Source of the DNA: Thermoplasmata archaeon
GTDB lineage: Archaea; Thermoplasmatota; Thermoplasmata; Halarchaeoplasmatales; Halarchaeoplasmataceae
Assembly: GCA_003560595.1 (NCBI GenBank)
Contig: PWKY01000070.1
Span: forward strand, 2,540 to 66,539
Length of the DNA: 64,000 nt
Direction of reading: 5' to 3'
Part shown: in pieces, positions 9,037 through 18,500 of the stretch
Position numbering within the stretch: the first letter of the stretch is position 1
Layout: each line of letters begins with the position of its first letter
Position numbers and translations under genes: made by a program
The notes under the pieces: model-generated
Told to the model about the DNA's origin: nothing
Databases searched by the model: none
Seen by the model: only the letters and a program-made list of their open reading frames with translations

Positions 9037-10740
9037 GTGATCTCCATGGCTGAAACAGACAAAGCCTCTTCAAAAAAAGATATAAGCGCTCTAACGAAGC
9101 TTTCCAATTTGGTTTCTTCACCCTTGGGTTTTTCTAAAAAACCTAGGCGTGTTATGTTATCCAAAGATGAAATCGAAAACAAAAATAAGGTCAAAGCCGG
9201 AGAAGGTGGTTGGATATCTGATTATACCCAACTGCCGGAAATAGATGCAGAACATATTACTGTCGAGGATATATTCGAGATCCGCCCACCATTTAGTTAT
9301 TCCAGGGTGATCTATAACGATGAAACTAAAGAGTATATCTACCAGGCCATCGAACCAACTTTGACCAAGAAAGAAGAAGAATGGTTGCACTTGATCAAGG
9401 ATACATTGGATCGTACTCTTTCATATGATTGGGAGCATATGGCTCGTAAAGACAAGGAAGAATATATCGAAGAGTGCATCGAAAGTTATGTCCGAAGTAG
9501 GGGGTTAAATATTGAGGAGAAATCTCGAAAACGTTTGATATATTATATACTAAGAGATTATGTCAGATATGGTCCCGTTGATGTTATAATGAGCGACGAT
9601 ATGGTTGAGGATATATCCTGTGATGGTGTTGACATACCTCTTTTCATCTATCATGCAAAATATGAATCAATCAAAACCGATGTGAAATTCGATGATGAAA
9701 AAATATTGAACTCGTTTATCATTCAATTGGGCCAGAGATGTGGAAAACAGGTATCGGTTTCTAATCCCATACTTGACGGAACAACGAGAGAAGGTCATAG
9801 GGTACAGGCCACCTATGCTACCGAGATATCTACACGAGGATCTTCTATAACAATAAGACGTTTCAAGGAAGAACCGTTCACACCAGTAAAGCTTATCGAA
9901 TTTAATACATGTTCCCCTGAAATGATCGCCTATATGTGGCTTATGGTGGAGAACGGTATGTCTATGATAATCGCAGGAGGTACCGCCTGTGGCAAAACTG
10001 CAAGTTTGAACGCTGCGACTCTATTCATACCTCCGGGTCAAAAGATAGTTTCACTTGAGGATACCAGAGAGATAAACCTCCCCCATGAAAATTGGATACC
10101 TAGTACTACTCGTACCGGAAGTGGTGAGAAGAAAAGTTCCACAGGTAAGTCAGCCGGAGAGGTGACTATGTATGACCTTGTTAGGAACGCTTTGAGGCAG
10201 AGGCCGGATTACATAATAGTTGGTGAAGTGAGAGGTAAAGAAGCAAATACCATGTTCCAGGCCATGGCAACAGGTCACACAACATACAGCACCATGCACG
10301 CCGACTCTGTAGAGTCCATGGTACACAGGTTGGAGAATCCACCTATCAACTGTCCTAGGGTTCTATTGACTGCACTTTCATTCGTTATAATCCAAACTTT
10401 TGCTAGGGTTAAAGATGAAGAGGTAAGACGTATACAAGAGATAACCGAATTGGTCGGTTTTGAGCCTGAAAGCGATGAATTGGTTACCAATACAGTCTTC
10501 GAATGGGATCGAAAGTCAGATAGCTTTATTTACAAAGGACACAGTTATAACCAAGATATCATAATGGAAATGAAGAATCTAACCCAAGAGGATATGAACA
10601 ATGAGTTCAATGACCGGGTGGAGATAGTGGAATATCTTATGGAACAAGATAATATAGATTACAGAGGGATATCAAAAATAGTAACATCATATTACAAGGA
10701 ACCTGAGGAAACACTGGCAAAGATAAGGGGTGAGGATTGA
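9037..10740 (+). CDS. FlaI/TadA/VirB11-family secretion ATPase (archaeal type IV pilus/archaellum assembly ATPase family)
   Basis: 567 aa. Walker A (IIAGGTACGKTASLNA). Walker B/Asp box (DYIIVGEVRGKEA). His box (TGHTTYSTMHADS). FlaI-type N-terminal domain. The listed start is GTG; ATG at 9046 is equally plausible. Confidence 0.8.
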   Translation: MISMAETDKASSKKDISALTKLSNLVSSPLGFSKKPRRVMLSKDEIENKNKVKAGEGGWISDYTQLPEIDAEHITVEDIFEIRPPFSYSRVIYNDETKEYIYQAIEPTLTKKEEEWLHLIKDTLDRTLSYDWEHMARKDKEEYIEECIESYVRSRGLNIEEKSRKRLIYYILRDYVRYGPVDVIMSDDMVEDISCDGVDIPLFIYHAKYESIKTDVKFDDEKILNSFIIQLGQRCGKQVSVSNPILDGTTREGHRVQATYATEISTRGSSITIRRFKEEPFTPVKLIEFNTCSPEMIAYMWLMVENGMSMIIAGGTACGKTASLNAATLFIPPGQKIVSLEDTREINLPHENWIPSTTRTGSGEKKSSTGKSAGEVTMYDLVRNALRQRPDYIIVGEVRGKEANTMFQAMATGHTTYSTMHADSVESMVHRLENPPINCPRVLLTALSFVIIQTFARVKDEEVRRIQEITELVGFEPESDELVTNTVFEWDRKSDSFIYKGHSYNQDIIMEMKNLTQEDMNNEFNDRVEIVEYLMEQDNIDYRGISKIVTSYYKEPEETLAKIRGED

Positions 10741-11765
10741 TGGTAGAGATACAGGATGCCTTCGAAAAATTACAGTTTAAAAAAGACAAATTCTTATCCA
10801 CACAACGCGCGAAACCCAGAGATCGAATAGAGAAATATGGGCCTCACCTGGTGCGACTTCCAAAATCTGCCGTGCCAGAATATCTTAATCTCTCACCTTA
10901 TCAACAATTTTGTTGGCGTATAATGGGGCCGATAGTAAAGAATAAAAACCTTCAGGATGAGAATTTAGAAAAAGACCTTTTAGCGGCTCATATGAAGATA
11001 AGATCTGAAGAGTATCTAGCATATGTTTGGATGAGTACCGCCATCGCCTTAGTGGTAGGGATTATTGCTGCTATCGTCATTGGGCCTGTATTGGATGTGA
11101 TCCTAGGTGCAGGCTTGTTCCTTTATGGCTCCGGTGCTCTTGTAGCAGTTCTGTCACCGGTGGTTACTTATTTTGGTCTGAAAAGTAGTCCGGGGATGAA
11201 GGCTAGCTCGAGAGGTAAGAAGATAGACAAAAAACTACCTGACGCTATGAGCTTCATCGCGGCTATGTCTTCCGCCGATGTCAACGTAGATATGATATTC
11301 AAAGAACTGTCAAAACAACCTCTTTACGGTGAGGTGAGGGAGGAAGCAGAGTGGATCACTAGAGATACAGAACTTTTAGGTATCGATATACTTAATGCAT
11401 TACAAAGGGCTGCGGATAGAACTCCATCAGAGGCATTCCGAGATTTTATTCAGGGTGTGATCACCACCTCAAGTTCAGGTGGTAAATTAAAACCGTACTT
11501 TAAATCAAAATTAAAAGAGTACCAAGAAGGAAGAAAGCTAGTTGTGCAACAGAAGATGGAAACCTTGGGAATGATGGCAGAATCATTTGTTACTGTCGTC
11601 GTTGCGTTTCCGCTCTTCTTAGTAGTTATCATGGCGATAATGGCCTTGATGGGAGGTATGGGTGCAGGAGACCCAATACCACTGTTATATGGTATAGTGG
11701 GTATAATGATACCCGGTGCCCAAGTGGGATTCGTATTTATTATATGGCTGATAAACCAGGATTAG
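10737..11765 (+). CDS. FlaJ/TadC-like membrane protein (T2SSF domain), first half
   Basis: 342 aa. Cytoplasmic helical T2SSF-like domain (SFIAAMSSADVNVDMIFKELS...ALQRAADRTPSEAFRDFIQGV) flanked by TM helices. Overlaps the ATPase stop. Confidence 0.6.
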   Translation: MMVEIQDAFEKLQFKKDKFLSTQRAKPRDRIEKYGPHLVRLPKSAVPEYLNLSPYQQFCWRIMGPIVKNKNLQDENLEKDLLAAHMKIRSEEYLAYVWMSTAIALVVGIIAAIVIGPVLDVILGAGLFLYGSGALVAVLSPVVTYFGLKSSPGMKASSRGKKIDKKLPDAMSFIAAMSSADVNVDMIFKELSKQPLYGEVREEAEWITRDTELLGIDILNALQRAADRTPSEAFRDFIQGVITTSSSGGKLKPYFKSKLKEYQEGRKLVVQQKMETLGMMAESFVTVVVAFPLFLVVIMAIMALMGGMGAGDPIPLLYGIVGIMIPGAQVGFVFIIWLINQD

Positions 11766-11772
11766 TGAAAAT

Positions 11773-12702
11773 ATGGCATATGAAGAAGAAAGTCAGTTCC
11801 AAAAAATGCTGAAACTCGGCAAAACCAAAGAAGTGTTGATCGCTTCTGCTGTAATTGCAGCTGTATGTATGTTACTTATGTTTCTGAATCTTTTAGATGC
11901 TGCTCCAATCCCCCTCGAACCAATTGACTGGGCCATGATTACCGCTATAGGCTTTCTTGGACCATCGGGATTTTACATAAATAAAAAAAATAGAGAAATA
12001 GAACTCATCGAAAGAAGGTTACCAGATTTCCTTAGAGATGTTGCAGAAGCGGGTAGGTTCGGAATGACTCTCGCCGACGCCATCGTAGTTTCAGCTTCAG
12101 GTAGATACGGTCGCTTAACTCCTGAGATCAAGAAGATGGCAGCACAGATATACTGGGGTGTTCCCGCTTCAGAAGCTTTGACTCTTTTTTCGCAAAGGAT
12201 AGATACCCCCTTAGTCAATAGAGTAGTTGCCATCATAATCAAAGCTAACGATGCAGGTGGTAATGTTGCCGACGTTTTGACCATGGTATCACGAGATGCA
12301 AAGGAAGTACACCTTTCTGAAGACGAACAAAAGATCGCGATGACGTCATATCTTGCTGTTATCTATATTGCCTTTGCAGTATTCATAGTTGTTATTATCA
12401 TTTTGAGCACTCAATTTCTTGCACAGATGGCTGAGGCCGGAGGTGCTATGGAACCAGGTGATGATGTAGACATGCCTGTAGGAGGTGGTGCGGGTGCTGC
12501 AGAGATACAAACGGAGAACATACCTGTTATCGAATTTATATTCGTGTTAGCTGTATTCGCCCATGGAGTAGGTGACGGCATAGTTGCAGGAGTACTGCAG
12601 ACCGGGAAGATAGCTAGTGGTATGCAGCATAGTTTCATTTTAACTTCGATGGGATTCGTTGCATTAAGAATAATGTTCGGCGGATTAGAATTGATGGGGT
12701 GA
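11773..12702 (+). CDS. FlaJ/TadC-like membrane protein (second T2SSF domain)
   Basis: 309 aa. Second T2SSF-like repeat (LPDFLRDVAEAGRFGMTLADAIVVSA...RVVAIIIKANDAGGNVADVL) plus TM helices and a G/A-rich segment. Together with 10737-11765 it resembles a FlaJ split into two genes. Confidence 0.55.
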   Translation: MAYEEESQFQKMLKLGKTKEVLIASAVIAAVCMLLMFLNLLDAAPIPLEPIDWAMITAIGFLGPSGFYINKKNREIELIERRLPDFLRDVAEAGRFGMTLADAIVVSASGRYGRLTPEIKKMAAQIYWGVPASEALTLFSQRIDTPLVNRVVAIIIKANDAGGNVADVLTMVSRDAKEVHLSEDEQKIAMTSYLAVIYIAFAVFIVVIIILSTQFLAQMAEAGGAMEPGDDVDMPVGGGAGAAEIQTENIPVIEFIFVLAVFAHGVGDGIVAGVLQTGKIASGMQHSFILTSMGFVALRIMFGGLELMG

Positions 12703-12708
12703 ACCAAA

Positions 12709-14352
12709 ATGGCAGCAATTGGAGACAAGATTAAAGAAAAACTAAAAACATTGACCGTTCCCGATAAACCAAAGAAAATATACATGTCTAGTAAAGGTAA
12801 AAAGGAGTCGCAGGGCGAAGATATAACCACAATACCCAAGATCGTTGAAGAAAGTGTTAAAGAGATCGAGATAACCGCTATTGAGGAGCCTTATTCTTAC
12901 GTACGCATACGTTATGATAATAAAATAAATGAGTACATCTACGAGGTAATTGAACCTGATCTAGATGAAGACGAAGAGGCACTTCTAGAAACGGTGAAAA
13001 ACCGGTTGATCGATGAGTTGGATTTAGTAAAAATTGAAGAAAACGAAGAGAGGGAAGAATATCTTAGAAAGAAGGTGCGTTCAATATTTGAGGATATAGA
13101 TATAAAGTTAAGACCCATCTCAGAGAAAAGGATTCAATATTATATCAAAAGGGATTTTCTGGGTTTTGGTCCTATACATGTGATCATGAATGACGTTAAT
13201 CCAGAGGACATATCTTGTGATGGAGTAGGCATTCCAATATTCGTTTTCCATCGTAAATATGGTTCTATGAAATCTAATGTGGTATTTGAAGATGCTGCAG
13301 AACTGGATAATTTTGTCGTATGGATAGCCCAGCGCAGTGGAAAACATATATCTGTTGCCGACCCCATGCTTGACGCAACTATGCCGGACGGTTCCAGGCT
13401 TCAGCAAACTCTAGGAACTCATGTAACGCAGAAAGGTTCATCTTTTACTATCAGACGGTTCGAGGAAGAACCTTACACGCCGATCAACCTTATTCACTTC
13501 GAAACATTCAATCCAGAGATGATGGCATACGCCTGGATTGCCATCGAAACCGGTCAATCCATGTTGATATGTGGTGGTACCGCATCTGGTAAAACGACCA
13601 CACTTAACGCATTATTACTGTTTATTCCCCCTCAGATGAAGATCGTTAGCATCGAAGATACACGTGAATTAAACTTACCACACGAGAATTGGGTACCGTT
13701 GTTGACTCGAAGTGGATTCGGTGAAACCGATGACACGGGTAAGAAGGCCGGTGAGATCGACATGTTTGAGTTACTTCAGGCGGCACTTCGTCAGCGTCCT
13801 CAGTATCTAATGGTCGGTGAGGTAAGAGGTGCAGAAGCATACGTAGTTTTCCAGGCCATGGCAACTGGGAAAAGCGCTTACACAACCTTCCACGCCGACG
13901 ATGTCCAGACCATGGTAAATAGGATGGAAAACGATCCTATTAATCTCCCTAGAGCGTTAGTCGGGGCATTAGATATTGTATTGTTACAGGGAAAGGTAAA
14001 GGTAGGTACTAAGATGGTGAGAAGGATAAAGGCTATAACTGAAGTCGTTGGAGTAGATCCAGACTCTAACGAGTTGATCACAAATAAAGCTTATACATGG
14101 AACCCGGCAGACGACTCCTTCAATTACAGCGGGCACAGTTATGTGTATAGTCGTGTTGCTCAGCAAAAGAGCTGGACCTCGAGGGAGATGGAAAAAGAGG
14201 TTAAACGACGTAAGATGGTCTTAGAGTACATGAATAAAAAAGATATCACAAACTACCGTGACTTTGCACACATCACTTCCTCCTATTATCGGGACAAATC
14301 CTCCGTTATGGATATGGTTAGGGAATTTATGGAGGAGGAGGGGTCGAATTGA
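12709..14352 (+). CDS. FlaI/TadA-family secretion ATPase, paralogue 2
   Basis: 547 aa. Walker A (CGGTASGKTTTLNA). Walker B (QYLMVGEVRGAEA). Same N-terminal FlaI-type domain as 9037-10740. Confidence 0.8.
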   Translation: MAAIGDKIKEKLKTLTVPDKPKKIYMSSKGKKESQGEDITTIPKIVEESVKEIEITAIEEPYSYVRIRYDNKINEYIYEVIEPDLDEDEEALLETVKNRLIDELDLVKIEENEEREEYLRKKVRSIFEDIDIKLRPISEKRIQYYIKRDFLGFGPIHVIMNDVNPEDISCDGVGIPIFVFHRKYGSMKSNVVFEDAAELDNFVVWIAQRSGKHISVADPMLDATMPDGSRLQQTLGTHVTQKGSSFTIRRFEEEPYTPINLIHFETFNPEMMAYAWIAIETGQSMLICGGTASGKTTTLNALLLFIPPQMKIVSIEDTRELNLPHENWVPLLTRSGFGETDDTGKKAGEIDMFELLQAALRQRPQYLMVGEVRGAEAYVVFQAMATGKSAYTTFHADDVQTMVNRMENDPINLPRALVGALDIVLLQGKVKVGTKMVRRIKAITEVVGVDPDSNELITNKAYTWNPADDSFNYSGHSYVYSRVAQQKSWTSREMEKEVKRRKMVLEYMNKKDITNYRDFAHITSSYYRDKSSVMDMVREFMEEEGSN

Positions 14353-15191
14353 AGAGATGTGCCCAAATACCCAGGAGATCTTCTATTAAAAAGTCTGAGG
14401 ACGGTGTGGCAACTACCGTAGGAACTATAATGGCACTACTGGTATTTCTCAGTTTACTTTCTTTGATAACACAACAGTACGTTCCAGTATGGATGGAAGA
14501 CCAAGAAGCCTACCACATGGAAGAAGCTATGATGCAATTTTCTTATTTGAAGGGGACCATAGATAATCTGATCATGAATGAATATACCGATTATCCCATG
14601 TACTCAACGATGCGATTAGGTTCTGAAGGTGTGCCTATGTTCGCAAGTGCTACGCCTGGAGTTATCAGAGTTACCCCTAGATGGGGTGGTTTATCGGTCA
14701 ACTTTGAAGATGATGGAATACCTAGGACCTTCGAAGGGCAGGGGAACATTTCTTTGCATGTCCCAAATCGTTACTTTGAAGAACAGACCGTAACTTACGA
14801 ACATGGTGCGATAATACTAGAACAACCTCAGGGAGCCGTTATCAGGGCACCACCGCATATACGAGTTGACGAATATGGTGAAGGTGAATACTCCATATCT
14901 CTTACCATGGTTGATTTAAGCTCTTCAAGACGGGAATCCGCAGGAGGAGCGGGAGTAGTAGGTGTTACCACCGAGCTTTGGGGGACTACCAGAAGTACTT
15001 TTATGAATCCTAATGATGTAACATTTGAGTTGGAAACCGCATATCCTGACGCATGGGATACATGGTTAAGAGAATCTCTTGGTGTTGATTCTACCATAAA
15101 TGGTAACACTATAGAGATAGATTTTTCCGAGGACGATGTGATAGACCTTACTATAAAACGTGCAAGGATCCATGTTGAGCTCGCAGCATAG
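14349..15191 (+). CDS. pilin-like protein with class III (prepilin-type) signal peptide candidate
   Basis: 280 aa. A charged N-terminus is followed by DG-VATTVGTIMALLVFLSLLSLI. This resembles haloarchaeal pilin/DUF1628 N-termini (xAVSPVIGVILMV...). It sits last in the ATPase/TadC locus and is translationally coupled to it. Confidence 0.45.
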   Translation: MKRCAQIPRRSSIKKSEDGVATTVGTIMALLVFLSLLSLITQQYVPVWMEDQEAYHMEEAMMQFSYLKGTIDNLIMNEYTDYPMYSTMRLGSEGVPMFASATPGVIRVTPRWGGLSVNFEDDGIPRTFEGQGNISLHVPNRYFEEQTVTYEHGAIILEQPQGAVIRAPPHIRVDEYGEGEYSISLTMVDLSSSRRESAGGAGVVGVTTELWGTTRSTFMNPNDVTFELETAYPDAWDTWLRESLGVDSTINGNTIEIDFSEDDVIDLTIKRARIHVELAA

Positions 15192-15565
15192 ATAACTGAG
15201 TCCTGTATTGATATGATGTAAGCTGCACAAGGTGTTATTTGACCGAGGTTACTTCCATTGGGGACGATTATGTATATATGAAATCCTTTTATGATATCGA
15301 TATTAAAATAGGTCCTAGAATCAACCCGAATATCCTTAATCATAATTTTGTAGGTTCGTTTTACTCCCGAATTGAACATCTATATTTTGCAGTGAAGTCA
15401 AATGAGCCACAGTGCCTTCACACCCTCATCAAGCTAAATTGATGTAGTTGATCATGATGCAAAAAGATATACTCATGAGAGTTGAGGGAGTCTTACTATG
15501 AACATTTGAGATGCATTTACTTTAAAAAGGATCAACTCAAATATGTTATTCAACTCTAAATAAAA

Positions 15566-15592
15566 TAAAAAAAGGATAAAGGGTTTTTTATT
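15566..15592. terminator. candidate bidirectional terminator (A-tract, GGG, T6)
   Basis: The element aaaaaaaggataaagggttttttatt lies immediately 3' of the minus-strand giant gene. It carries the same motif as at 3310, 24047 and 26171. Confidence 0.4.
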
Positions 15593-18500
15593 ATTCGTCA
15601 TCAGGCTTTTTTACAACTTTTTTCTTCACCCTTTTGGATACCCTTTTGGGCTGTTTTTTGACCTTTTTGACTACCTTCTTCTGCGGAGGCTTCTCTTCTT
15701 CCTCTTCAGGTTCATCCTGTGGCTTTTCAACCTTCTTAACTACCTTCTTCTGCGGAGGCTTCTCTTCTTCTGTCTCCTCCTCACCGATCTTCTCGATGTC
15801 TTCTAGGTCTAGTAAGAGGGCTTCATCATCCTCATCTTTTTCTTCAGTAGAGGATACAGGGGCAAACTGAACTATGCTGCTACCACATTTCTGACAGAGT
15901 GCATCATCTACACTGTTCAGAGATCCACACTGAGGGCATTCAATACCGCCTTTTCTCCTTCGTGCTTCTTCCTGCTCCAGCCAGTCATCAAAAGTCAGAT
16001 AGCTTGGTTGCTCCATCCACCAATCCATGAATTCCTCTTCGGTGAAATCATCTCCAAGATCCTCTTTAGCTAACCTTTTGTTCTTGTTTATGTATTTCTC
16101 ATACTGCTTTTTCATGGATTCGCTGTAATCTTCAACTTCCTTTCCAGTGGTGATAAACTCTACACCACAATGTGGACATTCAGAAGACTCTCCAGGTATC
16201 CATTCGCCACATTCACTACATTTTACAGTATCCATCTCGAAATCAGTACCACACTTTGGACAGCTGGTAGACTCAGCAGGTATAGTAGAACCACACTCGC
16301 CACATTCCACCCATTCTCCTTCGCCTTTAAATTTCAGGTAAAGTATCATCCCTACAAGGCTAGCTGCGACAACGACAATTATTATCAAGGCTACCATCCA
16401 TAGAGGTATTCCTGCTGCAGGATCTATGACTTGGAAGCTATCAGAAGTATATTCAACTTCATACCCTTCAGGTTGTAATAGAACCCAAAAGGTACCTCCT
16501 TTTTCAGGGGTGACCAGATCGATGTAGAAAGAACCACCTTCACCTGTAACACCTTGAGCCTCTGCTTCCACATTCCCATCCTCATCTATTAGATATGCAT
16601 TCACGGTGATATCTCTAAGAGGTTTACCGTCGATATCTCTTACAACATCTCCAAGAACGGTAACGATCTCTCCCATGTCTTTATCTTCGAGTGGAACAGA
16701 GACTCCGACGAATCTTAGATCCATTTCTTCTACTGTGATAGTACGTGAAATACTCTGAATTTCTGTAGTCGTGTTTAAAACTACATCGATCGTTACCTCT
16801 CCGGTTACATCCGCAGTCCATGATTCCGTAACATTCAAAACTTGGCCTACAGGCATATCGGTGATATTTTGACCGATGAGTACATCATCGTATGAAAATT
16901 CAATACTTGCATTACTATAAAGGGTTCCACCATGATTCACTATGTGTACGCTGATCTCGATATCGTCTCTTTCTAGTACCGTGTTGTTCTCTATCGGTCG
17001 ACCGTCTACCAGCATGATTATTTCCATTAAATCGAACTCGGGTCTAGGTGGTGATCTTACAGTGATCTGGGTGAACGCTTCATTGTTTTCCAACTTCGGA
17101 TCTGAAAGAGGATCCATCTCTGGATAGATATAAACACGTATCCTTCTAGATTCCTCTGACAAGTCTTGATCTATCATGTCTGCTGCATCCCAAACACCTG
17201 TTGCCCTTTCAGTTGCGCCACTATCTACACGAGTTAAAGTATCTGTGTCTATCAATTCATACTCATCGGGGCCAACTTCCAAATAGAATCCTACGGAGAC
17301 TTGGAACGCATCCGCCATGCCTAGATTAGATACATCTGCATGTATTCGAACAAGATCACCTAACTGAACATCGATAGGATCGATTGTCAAATCGTCATCT
17401 GTTACCGCAAGATCGGGGATCAGAAGGTCTTCGAAGGTGATGGTTATGTCGATAACATATTCTTCAGGCGGGTAGGAGGGTAAACGGATTTGATCAGTAT
17501 AGGATTCTTCGGTTTCCCGTTCACTGTACTCTGCATATATCTCGTAATTGCCTACATATCTCCTTCTCTGAGGTGTTAATATGTTAGTAAGTGCTGGAAG
17601 ATTAACCACTCCATCCTGGGTGGTTCCTTCAACCTGGTATTCAGTGTCAATACTGTTTATGCGAACGTGAGTACCGGTCAGCAAGACGCCACCATAACTC
17701 TCTGTCCTTATCGTCATCCAAAGTGACACATTTACTCGGGCCTGACCGAATACATCTATCGAAGGACTTTCAACTGCGATCAGTTCGGCATGAGTATGGT
17801 AAAAGTCGTTTAAATGTCCTTGGAATGTACTGTTAATTCCTTCCATTGATAATGGATTTACCATTATATCTGTGGAGGTGAATTCACTCTCGTACACGTT
17901 AAATTCCGCAGATGTGATATCCATAGCACCTCTTATAGAGCTATCATAGATGTTCAATATAGAATCACCAGATGCTTGGATCGTCACTTCCCCATATATG
18001 ATACTATCCATGATTTCAAGATGGGCATCATCTTCTACCAATATCGAATATTGGTTATCTGAATACACCATCAAATTATCTATGATCAATCGTCCTTGGT
18101 CTCTAACGATGACACTAAATTCGTTATCATGGTCTTGTATCATCTCTAAGATACGTCTATCTTGCTCACCACCGATGGTCAATTCTCCACCTTCTTCTAC
18201 AACGATGAATCCATTTGAACTGTAACCTCTGAGTGTTACAGGAGTGTTATTATCATTAACGATCATGTCGTCTTGGTAACCTTCACTGAATATGGGTTTG
18301 ATCACTCTCTCAAGGTCGTGGAGTTCCTCATCTACATATACTTCAACGGTGATCTCTGTATTTCCCCATGTGCCGGGCTCCCAATCTGTTGATATTTCAG
18401 TTGAAGTCAGTCCACCTATCATAGTGGTTTCATGGCCGATCAAAGATGTGTCTTCGTAAAAATATATATGGACTTCAACTGTTTCTCCCCCTGCATTGTA

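Noticed and set aside
9037-14352. Archaellum (fla/arl) operon interpretation of the ATPase/FlaJ-like genes
   Set aside because: No archaellin, FlaH (KaiC-like), FlaF/G or FlaCDE genes are adjacent, and there are two ATPases. A Tad/adhesion-pilus-type system fits better.
15634-15870. 78-aa plus-strand ORF with FLTTFFCGGFSSS repeats
   Set aside because: It is the antisense reading of the tandem repeat encoding the lysine-rich tail of the giant minus-strand gene.
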